This document shows, in pieces, positions 39,601 to 51,100 of a stretch of DNA of 64,000 nt. The stretch is from the NCBI GenBank assembly GCA_002633005.1, contig NMRA01000171.1, positions 478,669-542,668 on the forward strand, read 5' to 3'. A program made the position numbers and the translations under genes. Position 1 is the first letter of the stretch. Each line of letters opens with the position of its first letter. The notes below the pieces were generated by a model. The model saw only the letters and a program-made list of their open reading frames with translations, was not told where the DNA came from and ran no database searches. Source of the stretch: Phoronis australis. Its lineage: Eukaryota; Animalia; Phoronida.

Positions 39601-40328
39601 ACCTCAGGTTTGTTTGTAATATCTGTGGTAAAGCCTATTTCAACAGGGCAGGGCTACGCTATCATGAGAAGACTCATGAGCGTGAGCCTGTGATAAGACA
39701 CACATGTACACAGTGCGGCCTAGGATTGACGACTCAGGCTCAAATGAAGGTACACTTGGAGACGGAGCACAACATCTCAAAGAAGCACATCCCCACACAT
39801 CAGTGTGCAGTCTGTAATGTGATGTTCTATCGTGTGGAGCGACTCAACCGTCACATGGAACGTGAACACGGTGTGCAGGTGTCTTGGAAGGAGACCTGTC
39901 CTCATTGTGCCCGCGGCTTCTTGGGTAAGAAGAGCCTGGAGACACACATTGAGGAAAGGCACATGACGCCACGTCGCAACTACCAATCGAAGCGGCGGAA
40001 GAAACAGACAGGTCTTTTAGAAATGCCGTCCTCATCGATGACAGGTATGGAGGCCAGCATGCAGACTCAGATGGTTCATTCCATTCCACAGACACACCAT
40101 CACCAGCAGCAACAACAGCAGCACATGCAGCAGGTCATACAAATATCAGCTCCATCCTCCATTGAGTATGTACCCCAGATGATGACCTCACAGACACATG
40201 TCATTCAACAGGGTCAAGTGGGCGTGTCCACAGGGCTGCCTTCCATACAGCAGGTGTATCATGTTGAGGAGCGGCCTCCAACACAGCAAGTCACCTACCA
40301 CCAATATCACACTAGCTTCATGTACTGA
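30607..40328 (+). CDS. Multi-C2H2 zinc-finger transcription factor, divergent ZNF341-like; join(30607..30616,31615..31911,32797..33480,36399..36448,37423..38064,38763..40328), about 1082 aa
   Basis: Six GT-AG-bounded exons with matching phases (1,1,1,0,0), 3249 nt in total. N-terminal DEEDTHQCGRCKQLF..L..YL.H motif as in the ZNF341 and E4F1 N-termini. About 18 fingers, 12 of them in the last exon. The motifs H.IW, VYRCVKESC, FNKREHLRRHM and C..AFKRSDKL..H parallel ZNF341 as recalled. Gln-rich C-terminus. Confidence 0.88.
33470..33559 (+). repeat. 33-bp tandem repeat (about 2.7 copies) spanning the exon 3 donor of the ZNF341-like gene
   Basis: Unit TGATGCTCAAGGTTAGTCCATAATCGGTACACG occurs twice, plus a partial third copy. 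Confidence 0.9.
34111..34186 (-). pseudogene. tRNA-like (SINE head or pseudo-tRNA) sequence inside an intronic repeat
   Basis: The minus strand has A-box TGGTGTAGTGG and B-box GGTTCGACTCC at tRNA spacing, but the acceptor stem does not pair. Weaker heads of the same kind occur at about 5541-5607 (+) and 36530-36590 (-). Confidence 0.55.
34954..36210 (+). mobile_element. Helentron-associated non-autonomous element (HINE/DINE-1-like), copy A
   Basis: T-run start, subterminal inverted repeats ATGCGCCCAC (34959) / GTGGGCGCAT (36176), (GTCC)n microsatellite, internal diverged tandem units with GCGCC.CCTAGTGG and TTTCAT.AAATTTGG, 3' stem-loop CAACGC-TCC-GCGTTG, ending TGCTCTTATT. Confidence 0.75.
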
Positions 40329-41703
40329 TTGGATGGTGTTCAGTAACTACACCCTCGCTTAACAACCAACTTGTTGTGGAATTGCGTGTCACTGTAAAAC
40401 AGACAATCTGGTGAGAAATTGTGTTTTGAGGGATACTTTGAGTTGCAATATTCCATAGCCGATGCTTGCATGTCTGACCCACTGCACTGCACCCCGTTGA
40501 CATCACGTTTTTCATTAAAGTTCTATTACTCATTTTTGTTTTGCAGATTTTGTAGTTTGATTCTCAATATGTAGGATGAATGGTAAAAAGTATTCAGTGT
40601 TCTCAGCTGTCATTTCCCTTATCTAAACCCCTCGTGGTAAATCCCGAGCAGCATCAACCCCTTGGCTACTAAATCCTTCAAATTAACTGGGGGAGGAGGG
40701 GGGTCTTGATACAAGAAGTAACAGCCACCCATGTAATAAGCTACTTGTACAATGTAACCGATGACTCAGTCCATCCTCTTATATCATAATGGCTAATGTA
40801 ATAATGCCTTCACCTGACCTGGTTACTAATTTTATCATTTACTACATTCATGAAATAAATAATAAAAACAGTGGCTTGGGNCCACAGACACACCATCACC
40901 AGCAGCAACAACAGCAGCACATGCAGCAGGTCATACAAATATCAGCTCCATCCTCCATCGAGTATGTACCCCAGATGATGACCTCACAGACACATGTCAT
41001 TCAACAGGGTCAAGTGGGCGTGTCCACAGGGCTGCCTTCCATACAGCAGGTGTATCATGTTGAGGAGCAGCCTCCAACACAGCAAGTCACCTACCACCAA
41101 TATCACACTAGCTTCATGTACTGATTGGATGGTGTTCAGTAACTACACCCTCGCTTAACAACCAACTTGTTGTGGAATTGCGTGTCACTGTAAAACCGAC
41201 AAAGTTATTTAAATAGCGTTTATAAACAATCTGGTGAGAAATTGTGTTTTGAGGGATACTTTGAGTTGCAATATTCCATAGCCGATGCTTGCATGTCTGA
41301 CCCACTGCACTGCATCGCGTTGACATCACGTTTTTCATTAAAGTTCTATTACTCATTTTTGTTTTGCAGATTTTGTAGTTTGATTCTCAATATGTAGGAT
41401 GAATGGTAAAAAGTATTCAGTGTTCTCAGCCGTCATTTCCCTTATCTAAACCCCTCGTGGTAAATCCCGAGCAGCATCAACCCCTTGGCTACTAAATCCT
41501 TCAAATTAACTGGGGGAGGAGGGGGGTCTTGATACAAGAAGTAACAGCCACCCATGTAATAAGCTACTTGTACAATGTAACCGATGACTCAGTCCATCCT
41601 CTTATATCATAATGGCTAATGTAATAATGCCTTCACCTGACCTGGTTACTAATTTTATCATTTACTACATTCATGAAATAAATAATAAAAACAGTGGCTT
41701 GGG
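40086..41703 (+). repeat. Near-identical direct duplication (40086-40880 and 40882-41703) of the ZNF 3' coding end and 3'UTR; probable assembly or haplotype artefact
   Basis: The copies abut across a single N at 40881 and differ by a few SNPs and one net 27-bp indel. Confidence 0.9.
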
Positions 41704-43049
41704 AAATAGGATCATAGCTAAGATTATCAAAATATGCATTGGGGTTTACAAGAACCTTACTGCCCGATGTTTGTTCCTTTAATATAGGGAGTCGCATAGT
41801 TTTCCTCAAGAAAATCCCTGTTTACATCCCAACGCGCAAGTCGAACTGTATAAAGCACATTTGTGGAGACCATGAACCAGTTATTCAGTGTCTAAACAAA
41901 CAGTATTGCCCGACTCTGAAAACTAGTGATTATTTTTGATGCAATCAATTATAAATTGTGACCTCTGTAACTTTCTGGTTCTTCTAAAATTTTGTTGCTT
42001 TCTGCTGGTGTTAGTAAACAATAAATGCAAAGCCCTGGATCAGGAGTCAAATAACTAAAATCTAACACCTCTGTTTTTGCATCAATTTACTCACTGTATG
42101 AATTTAATAAATTAAATGTACATTGTCTAGTGCTTAACACTGGTATAATTTTAAGGTAGCTTTTTATGTTTCTGAATTGTAAGTTATGGGCAATGCGGTG
42201 ACTACTAGGTCATGCTCACTCAATTATTTGTCGTCTGAACAGATTGAGAGCAGCTCATCAGCATGGAGAAGTTCTTGTGGCAAGGGAACGCGATTCATCA
42301 GAATGTAGAAGCATTTCTGTAGGAAAATACCTTCTTTCACGTGTGACATCTAGTGTATTTCAAGTTCCCATAGCTGGTTGCTAGTGTACAGTCAGTTTTG
42401 GCTGAAGGTATGGTGTATAAAACTTCATGTCTGTAGAAATATGAATGCTTAACTAAAGAGTGAGATGTGGAGAATCAAATGTGTGCAACAAGTCTTTATA
42501 ATAAGTTTTTAAAACAGAAGTTTGAACATAGAGTGCACCAGCCAGTTGTCACAGGTGATATCTCGCTTATTTAGTGTAACAGGTCAGTCTGATGATTAAT
42601 ACTTCAGGTTATATGTTTTGTATTTATTACAATATACATTATTTATTACAATATACATTAATGATTCAATTTTATGTACTAATTGTGCCCTGGAATGTTT
42701 ATGTGTGTCAGTTATGTAGATTTCACAGTTGTTTCTGTAGTGTACAACAGTGTATAAATGTAAACTGTCTGCTAGACTACTTGTGAGTGATAAAACTTGT
42801 AATTATTTACATTATGTGAACTGTTGATTTTAGAGCTGCCACACGGGTTGGGTATTAATTGTCAACAATGATTCAAATACACAATCTTTTCTAAACAGTT
42901 TGTTGTATGAATACTATCATCAATTTTTCTAACATTGGCAAATAATTTAGTTTACTCAAGGAAGAGTGTAGTTTTTAATAACACTTAACTAATTTTTTGT
43001 CGGATTTTGTGTGGCCAGGTTTTTAACCACATCGGCACAAAACTGTATA

Positions 43050-43790
43050 TTTAGTATGCAGCTTTGCACCATAATTACCCAGTATGTTGACGGTTTTTTT
43101 TTTTTGAAATTTGGCTTCTGTTTCTATCGAGATTACGTTTTCTCTTTTTTGTTGGGCAATTTTCAAACATGTTTTTGGCATCCATCGCTGAATTGGCCAA
43201 ACTGCTTGGAAGATCTTAATGAAATTTGGACGATTCATATCGAGGAGAGCAAGGCTGACGTTGATTTTCATGGTCTGGAAACTGGTGTGTCCTCTGGTGG
43301 CAATTTTTTTGGCTTTGTCTCAACATCTACCGAGTTCATTCAGGGATCTTCATGAAATTGGCAAATATTTTTCTATGAAGGAAGCACCTGTTCATGCAGT
43401 TTTAGACAGTGTCCCCCTAGTGGTTATTGTTCCTCGTTTCTGTGTCTTTAGTATGCGTAACAAAAATTGATGTATTATCCTATGGAGGATAGCTGCGGTT
43501 GATTTTTGAGCACTTTGGCACTACACAATGGCAGTTTTTGTCTCTGCCATTAAACATACTAAATTCTTGATGGATCACAAAATGATAGTGTTGATTTTTA
43601 GGATTTGACTACTGTGGTGCCCCCTTGTGACTATTCGGGTTTCGTTCATGTCTGCCTTGATATCAAGTTTTTGACTGGTTCTTCATGAATTTTAGCACAC
43701 AAGTTTCTATTGAGGAAAGCAGGCTTATGTTGACTTTGGATTGAAGTGACAGCTGAGGCAACCAGTACTTTAAAATAGTTATTGCATCTG
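43050..43790 (+). repeat. Older degenerate fragment of the same HINE-like family, between the two zinc-finger genes
   Basis: Diverged internal units (ATCTTCATGAAATTGGCA, GTGTCCCCTAGTGG, GACTACTGTGGTGCCCC); ends unclear. Confidence 0.5.
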
Positions 43791-45137
43791 CCTCAATATT
43801 TTTTCAATGAATATTCTTTTGTGAATAGATCCAACTACTACGAAAATACCAAGCACCCCTTTCATCTTTACTGTTTGCATACTGTGAGCACCTATCAATG
43901 CTGTGTGTTGAAATACTAGTCTGTAGTGTGGGGTTACCTGAATAAGCAAAAAATTTATGGACAAGCATCACACAGAACATGTCAATTAAAACATTTTTAA
44001 CCCATGATTTCCAGTTTATTTTCAAATTTTAAAAAAATATCTATATTTGCCCACTTCAAAATCTTGAAGCTGAAAGTTAACTCAATCCGTCCAATGACTC
44101 GGGTGCATGGAACACGGTCAGATATTTAAAGGGATGTCAGTTTTATGGCAGACTGGTAAAATAAGAAAACTTAGTACATTAAGTTATCTTTGATTTATTA
44201 AATGTGTGTCCAGTATAAAACTCGTAGCATTGGTTGGTTGGCTCATGCTTTTATTCTTAATTTAATTTTACCTGATGTTCACGACACTTGGGTATACACA
44301 AAAAGCATCATTTCTGCACTCACTCATATTGCATGCATAATGATCAGTAAAAACTACAATAAACTTAAAATGTTTTCTCAGTGGTCAGTTGATGCTGGGC
44401 TGAGATCTGTAGATGCAATAATCTTCAAACTTCAGGAAGGTAGTGTTCTTCACTTGTAGAACATGGCGATATCTTGCAAAGTCTTGGATTTTCACAAGAT
44501 TATTGCGTCAAGGGAACACATGCCTGGTGGAATTCATTCTTACACAAGCTGTAATATCTGAAACCAGCACCTGTGAATGACCAGCTAATATGTATTGCTC
44601 ACAATGATATACTGGCCTAAGCCAATACTCTGTCTAAGTCTGGTTGAATACACACGTCCTAGCATCATCATTTTATTAGCAATCCTTAGTTATGACCATA
44701 CTGTGACCATACTATGACCATACTGAATGCAGTGTCAAGCCCTCATATCTGCAGCTACTGCCACTTCAACTGTTTCAATGGTTTCTAAACTATTCAAAAA
44801 CAGTAAACACAAATTTTACCGTCTTCTTTGATCCACGTTTTCAAGAAAAACCCTGTTCAGTAGTCCACTGATATGTGTTTGCTCACACTATTTTTTACAC
44901 CAATGTGACCCACAGAAAGGAGCCAGTGTCTAACATGAGCCAAGTTTCTGAAATCTTGAGACTGCCCTGTGTACATCACTCAATTTGTGACAAATTATTT
45001 GACTACTTTTACCTTAAAACAGTATTCTTTCATCTTAATGTACCAAACATTTCCTGGTGAACATTCATAATTCCATTTCTTGGCATCGAGGGGAAATCGG
45101 AAGGTAGACCTAGATGTTAGTAGTATCAACAATACCC

Positions 45138-48100
45138 TCACAATGAACTATTTGCTTGATTAAATGCACTCTCACTAAGAGCAATAATGTCTGCAGCAAC
45201 AACAGCTTCATCTGTCAGTTGATTGGATAACATATTTACAGCACCAGCTTCATCTGTGAGTTGATTGGATAACATGTTCACAACAACAGCTTCCTCTATC
45301 TCACCAATGTTACCTGCAAAGAATGATACAATCGCCATACAGTCCCCACACCTCACCATCACAATAAGATATTGTGCATATTGTTACTAACCAGAGAATT
45401 CTAAAAAATGTACATGGCCACAAATGGAAAAAAGAATATTTCACCCTGCAAAGAAAACAACACGAGCAATGCAGAGTGTTTAAATGAGCCCACGACTGCA
45501 TCGCAACCAGTGTTTATTAATTGTGTCATAAAAATGATCATTAGATGGCACAGAATACATTGAACTCATCCAAAAATGGGAAGGCGTTCTCTCTCAAAAC
45601 TGCTTACCAAATTTTATGAAATCCGGCAAAGAACACCAACGATAAAGGCAAACGTAAAAAAAATGTCATAAAGAACCACAGCAGTAGTTGAATCCATCCA
45701 TCTGCTGTCAAGTTCATAGAAATACAACTGCAAGGGATGTAGGAGATACAGCCGTAGATGCAAAAAAGTGTCACTAGGGGGCACTACAGTAGTTGAATCC
45801 GTTTGAAAATCCAGATCAGACATGCTCTTGTCAGTAGGAACTCATCTGCCAATTTTCATAATGATCCTCTGCGAAGTTAGGCAGATACAGAAGCAAAGCA
45901 AACAACAAAAAACAGACTAAAATAATTAATAGTCACTAGTTGATGCAGTATATGGCAAATCCATCACAAAAAGGAAAGGTGCTGTCATCTTCATCAACTT
46001 ATTTGCCAAATTTCATGGAAAAGCATCAAGAAACAGAGTTGTCACTACGGAATACGGCTGAACTTGGATTGGTCTAAAAGTTGCCGTCATCTGTTGCCAT
46101 CTCCATAGGAACACATCTTGCAAAGGGTAAAGGAGATACAGACGCAAAAAATTGCCAATAGGACGTTCCAGTGTTGTCGAACACGTCTGAAAATTAACAT
46201 GAGACTCGGTCTTCTCATCAGGAACACATCTCCAAATTTTAAAAACGATCCTTCAAGCGGTTTGGTGGATGGATGAAGTGAGTGACGTCAAAAATGTACT
46301 AAAATCTTTTAAAATGGCGCAGAATATATCAGATCTGAAAATGAGAAGGCGCCATCGCCTCCTTAATAGAAGTGTGTTTCCGAATTTCATGATAAAAAAA
46401 TGGATGGAATACATCAAATCTATCTGAAAACGGGAAGCTGTCATTGTCTCTTTAATAGAAACCTATTTAACAAATTTTTTAAAAATCCATCAAGGAACTT
46501 CAAAGAAACAGAGGGAAACGAACAAAAAATGAAATTGCCAATAGGGGGCACAGCCTTCATAGGATACATCTGAAATTTGTCATCGTCTGTTGCCAACTTC
46601 ATATAAATACACTTGCCAAGTTTAATAAAGGTCCTGCAGAAGGTTTCGCGGAGATACAGCCATGTGCTAATTTCCACTAGAAGGCATCACAGCAGTTGAA
46701 GTCGTCGGAAAATCATCGTCAGTGGGAACATATAAGCCAATCTTCACAATCATCCTTAGAGTGGTTTGGTTGATGGACGGGCAGATGACAAAACACTAGG
46801 TGCAGTAAAATACCTTGAATCCAACAGAAAATAGGAAGGTTGCGTCATCTCACAAAATTCATGAAAATCCTCTGAAAACCAAATAAGTGCAAAATTTCAT
46901 CTACATACATCAAAGGGTTTGGGAGATAGAGCAGCGGACGCAGGATGCCGGACAGACAGACGGACAGGGATGACGGCATAATGCGCCCACCTATAAATAT
47001 GAGGGCGCATAAAAATGTGATTTCTCTCAAAAGCAAATCAGAATTACCATGCAGCATGTTCTCTCTATCTCCGGATGTTTCTGCAACAGGCAAAACTTTT
47101 CTCTGTTTTGTTGTTATCTCCATACGATGCGTACTCCGTAAGTGTTTTGTGAGGTTGCCCTTGACGGCACAGCGATAGCTACACAGGTGACAAGTCCAAG
47201 GTTTCTCGCCCTGGAATAAGTAAGTTAACTAAGAACAATGTTTTATAACACCAGTTACATTATATAGCGCGAATTACGTACTGTAAGGCCAGTCACTGCA
47301 CAATACTTATATTCTGTAACATCAGTCACGTAACGTAATGCCCATCATGTTTTGTAATCTTAGTCATTTTTTGTAATGCAAGTCATATTTCATAACACTA
47401 GTCATGTTTCATAACACTAGGGTTTTTGCACTTATTGACCCTTTCCGGTGCGTTAGATGACCTTTTAGAGATGGGATTATTGCAAAGTCCAGTGTGTTTA
47501 ATGCTGAGAATCACAGTTGTCTTACTGCTGACACATCAGAATACGTGTTGAATGAAAAGGTCAAAATTTCAAAATAAAAGTGCACCTAATGACCCTATAG
47601 CTGCACCATATGACCTGAAACTTTGGATTGGGAACTCAATTACATGTACCAATCTGATATGTCAATCTGAAGTGTCTAGCTCAAAATCTTAGTTTGCACC
47701 CCATGACCCTTGACCAATTTAATGCGATTAGATGAACCAATTACTTAGAAAAGTAATTGGCTTGTTGACTTACACCTTTGCACCGAATATGAAGAGCCCA
47801 CATATCATGCATGTGACGAAACATCAGGTCTCATGACACAGGCAATGTACAGGGAACTTCACAACAGCTAGAATACAGAGTGCTTGTTGCATGCCACACT
47901 GTTAGGAATAGACATCTTCACAACTCCTAAATCTCAAACTCATGACTTAATGCCACATATGACCACAATTACCATACAATATCACTACAAGCAGCTTCAT
48001 CACTGGTGCTATAAAAATATCAAGGGCTAATAGTGTGACATAGATTTAACAAATTTAAACTTGACAAACCATAACGAAACCATTTCCCACCTTATGTGTA

Positions 48101-51100
48101 TGCATCAGGCGTATATGTTCTTGTAACTTTGTGTTATTTATGCAGGCCTGTGTACAACCATCATGAGGGCACTTGAACTTGCGATCTCCTAGAAAAAAGA
48201 TCAATATTGTAATTACTTAGATATCTTCCAGGAACTTCCTGGAGTCGTTTTAGGAGGTGAGCACGACTCAAGTCACTTTGCCAAGTACAACATACAGGGG
48301 TGAAAATGATTCCTTGTCCATGCCTCAGTCCACAATCTGCAGATACCATGTTGCTATAAATCCTGAGACACATGCCCTAAACACAACACACATGCTGAAA
48401 ACGCCCCTTACACGAGCACTAAATCCCAGTCCCAGAGATCAAATTCACATTCTAACTACTTTGTGCGGAAAATATTTACAATGCATTTGACATTGGTTTT
48501 TGAATTTTTCAAATTTTCTTGAAACCAGCCCTCTAGTAAATAACCAAATAGTGACTGATGTCATCCCTCCTTTCTTTACTTAAGTTGTGTTGATGACAAG
48601 AAGTGTGTATCGAAGCAAATGTTTGGGAATCCATAACCTTCCAGTGTTTGTGTCAACTGGGTGAAGTGACATAACTAAATAATGGCCGTGAATCAGAGTG
48701 CAAGACACCCAACTCTAACTTTTTCCCCAAATTATCTTTTGCGATACGGTGTGGAGCAAATGTTATAACTACATGCTAGTAAATTCCAGAAGTTATGATT
48801 TACATTCTTTTGCATTTGGTTACATATCGTGCTGAAAATTTCAAAGTAATGAATTACAGATATTGAAATCTGCTCAATGTGTTATCGCAACAGTCTCACT
48901 GGATTTCAGTGATGTCTGGCGATTATGTTCTGAATGTAATAAGAATAAGTCCGATTGAGTTTAATGTCTGTGTGTGTGAAGCATTTTCCACAAGTGTGGA
49001 GTTAAGAGGTGCAGGTCGTGGTGATTGCTGGTGTGGAACTGGGTTTTAAAGGATTATAACTGCAGATCAGAGGCACGGCTATGGAATTGTTTCCACTCCC
49101 TGCAAGAGAGGTCTGAAGATTTCGAGTTCAAATCCTGGCAGTAACACGCCAGGCACCTCACTAACCTAAAGTGAGATGAGGGGAATTTCGGATGATTTTT
49201 AAATGTTTTTTCAGACTGAAGAGAATGATGTTGTTGAAGCTCAAGTAGATCTGCACCCCCTCCCCCTTGCCCCCACCCTCTCCCCCACACCCCCTGTCAC
49301 AGGCAAGGGTTGAATCAGTGTCCCACTATCTTGCTTTCTGCAACATTATATGAATGCAGTGATCTTGCACAAGGTAACTCTGCTACACTGCTTAATTACC
49401 TGAATGCCACTTCATATGTTCCCTCAGTCCACCTTTGTCTACAAAAGTCTTGTTACATAAGGTGCACGGTACAGGCTTCTCACCTGTAAAATGTAGTTAA
49501 AAGTTTAATTTTCCAATAAACAAGAGCAATGCAGAGCGTTGAAATGTGCCCACAACAGCACCACAAAATGGTGTGCTTTTGGGTGTTTTTAGTATCATAA
49601 AAATGGCCCCTAGGTGGCGCCGTTTCTACAATACGCAATTATTTGCCAAATTTCGTGAAAATAAGCCAATGAACTCCAAAGATATAGAAGCAAACATAAA
49701 AAACAATTGACACTAAGGTGCACAGCTATAGTCCCACTGGTCTTATACTCGTCATAATCTGTTACCATCTGTATAGGAGCCCAACTGCCAAATTTCGCAA
49801 AGGACCTTCAAAGGGTTCAGGAGATATATCCATAAATGCAAAAAAAAACAAAAGTGCCCCTAGAGAGAACCAGAGTAGTCAAATACATCTGAAAATCAAT
49901 GTCAGCTGGAGTCTTCCCACCAGGAACAAATCGTCAATTTTCATAATTATCCTTTGAGTGGTTTGGCAGATAGAGAGCCAGACGTCAAAAACATTCGCAA
50001 AAGTTTTTAAATGATCACGATGTTGCCCAGAAACCATCAAATTTGACCGAAAAAGGGAAGGTGTTGTCGTCTCTTTAATAGAAACCTATATGCCAAATTT
50101 CATGAAAATACATTATTGAATGCTGAAGATGCTGAAGTAAACATAAAAACACTTTGCCACTAGAGGGCACAGTGATATTTGGATCAATTTGACACTTGTT
50201 ACCCTTTGTTGTCGGCTCCGTAGGAACACATCTTTCAAATTTCACAAAGCTCCTTCAAAGGTTTATTAAAGGAGATTCGGTCGCAGACACAGAAAAAAAC
50301 AAGATCGCCACTACAGGCGACCCGCCTGAAAGTCAACATCAGTCGTGGCCTTCTCATGTAAATTTTCTCCTTAATGCGGCATGACAGATAGAGTGGAAGA
50401 CAACAGAAAACAGACGTAAAAACAACAAAGATGGCCAGCAGGTGATGCAAAAAACATCAAATCTGTCCAAAAATGGGAAGGCATTGTCATCTCCTTAATA
50501 GAAACCTATTTGCCAAATTTCATGAAAATTTGTTAATGAACTCCAAAGACACAGAGGCAAAAGTAAATTAAAATAAAACATTTTGCCACATCTTTCAAAT
50601 TTCACAAAGCTTCTTCAAAGGGTTAAGGAGATTCGGCCGCAGATGTAAATTAGAACAAATTCACAACTAGGGGACATCACAGTAGTCCGACCCGTCCAAA
50701 AGTCAATGTCAGTCGTGGCCTTCTCATCAGGAACACATAAGAAAAATTTCATAATGATCCTTCATGCGGTATGGCAGATAGAGAGGCAGACACCAGAAAA
50801 CGGACGCAAAATAACAAAATTAAAATGCCCACAAGATGGCACAAAAATCCATTGAATCTGTCGAAAAATGATACGGCATCATCGCCTCCTTATTAAAAAT
50901 ACCTATTTGCCAAATTTCACGAGATATTCATTGAGGATACAGAGGCAAACGTAAAAAAATAAAATTGCCACTAAGGGCGCAACAGTATTCTGATCAGTCC
51001 TAAACTCATAATTTGTCATCAGCCGCACAGAAACGCACCTGCCAAATTTCAGTAAGATCCTGCAAGGGATTTAGAAGATACAGCAGCAGATGTCGGACGC

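Noticed and set aside
38759-40095. Several antisense or alternative-frame ORFs over the ZF exon (likewise over RCC1L exon 2 and the BTB exon)
   Set aside because: These are shadow ORFs of genuine coding exons with no independent evidence.
40789-41124. 111-aa poly-Q ORF as a separate gene
   Set aside because: It is the duplicated tail of the ZNF last exon fused to UTR sequence across an N.
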